DNA of 62,629 nucleotides, filler included, from Albugo candida (Eukaryota): NCBI GenBank assembly GCA_040437565.1. It is 3 parts of 3 records of this genome, joined end to end, with 100 filler letters (N's around TTAATTAATTAA, not from the genome) between each part and the next. Parts side by side here need not be neighbours in the genome. Positions count along the whole stretch, not along the records: positions 47,288 to 62,629 come from JBDOQK010000105.1; 2 more parts are not named here. One strand, 5' to 3'. Shown piece by piece: positions 61,946 to 62,629 of this stretch (position 1 is its first letter; each line of letters starts with the position of its first letter). The notes under the pieces were generated by a model. It saw only the letters and a program-made list of their open reading frames with translations, ran no database searches and was not told where the DNA came from. The position numbers and the translations under genes were made by a program.

Positions 61946-62629
61946 CTTCTTTATTTGCTCTCTAGTACGCAAGTGACATTCACACCGTACATCCAAGAGC
62001 CAATCAGCAACCAGCATTCACGCAAAATTCGCGTGTCTTATCAGCTTTCCAGCTACCAGTTCCAACCTTCACCCAACCCTTCCCTGCCAACTCAATATCA
62101 ACTTCGTCTTTCCGTTACCAACGTTCTCAACACTGGTATTTATCGTCGGTTTTTTCCTTGGATCTTTCCGTGGACCAGCTTCGAAGAACATTACTTCCGG
62201 CCTTTCCTTCTCCGGTAGAAGCTCGACTCAGCCTTTCCTTCCTAGCGAAGAATTCGAAGTCCGTCTTTACCCGTCTTTCCTTCTTCGGTAGAAGTCGACA
62301 TCAGCCTTTTCCGTCCTTTCCTACTCAGGAAGAACAGTACAAACCAACTCTACCAGCCTTTCAGTTCGCACCTTTAGCGTCTTGTTTGGATCAGAAGTCC
62401 CTACTGCCGACCTTCGGGCCCAATATGTCACCAAAAACGGCCAAGACATTACCGGTCAAACAATCGGATCGTATGATCCGCGACAAATACCGTGAGGACA
62501 ACCCCCAATGTGAGCGTTATATTCCCAGCGATTCATCCTTTTTCCAAGCACTTAGTGAAGCATACGACTCCAATGCTTCCGAAGACACCATTAAAGCCCT
62601 CGCCTTACGCGAAGTGGCCAAATCATGGG
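61946..62629 (+). mobile_element. L1/Tx1-type non-LTR retrotransposon, copy 3 (lineage A), 5' UTR and ORF1 start (ATG 62425); runs off the window
   Basis: Highly similar to 47418-48130 (e.g. CCAAAAACGGCCAAGACATTACCGG, GACAAATACCG.GAGGACAACCCCCAATGTG). Confidence 0.95.

Overview
Eukaryotic, repeat-rich, gene-sparse window from an oomycete. The 18S V4 sequence, INR/FPR core promoters and TTTAGGG-like repeats point to this; an Albugo-like genome is inference only. It is a pseudo-scaffold with N gaps, two of which carry an artificial TTAATTAATTAA linker. 1-17 kb: an old tandem segmental duplication (period about 9.9 kb). Each copy carries a decayed WD40 gene and a secreted-protein gene (one intact, one frameshifted). 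These two genes and a third at 21.1-21.9 kb end in what looks like a catalytically dead pepsin/TAXI-type C-terminal lobe. 23-47 kb: a kelch pseudogene and nested Copia, Gypsy, Tc1/mariner and MULE remnants, including a circularly permuted single-LTR Gypsy. 47.3-62.6 kb (main finding): an 18S rRNA fragment is interrupted beside the universal 530 loop by a head-to-tail array of at least three L1/Tx1-type (APE-RT-CCHC) non-LTR retrotransposons from two divergent lineages. They lie antisense to the rRNA, and each is preceded by the 16-bp 18S target CCAGACTTGCCCTCCA. The end of that target overlaps an oomycete INR+FPR Pol II core-promoter motif at the element 5' end. This appears to be an 18S-rDNA sequence-specific retrotransposon system. 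All homology calls are by-eye motif recognition; no searches were run.
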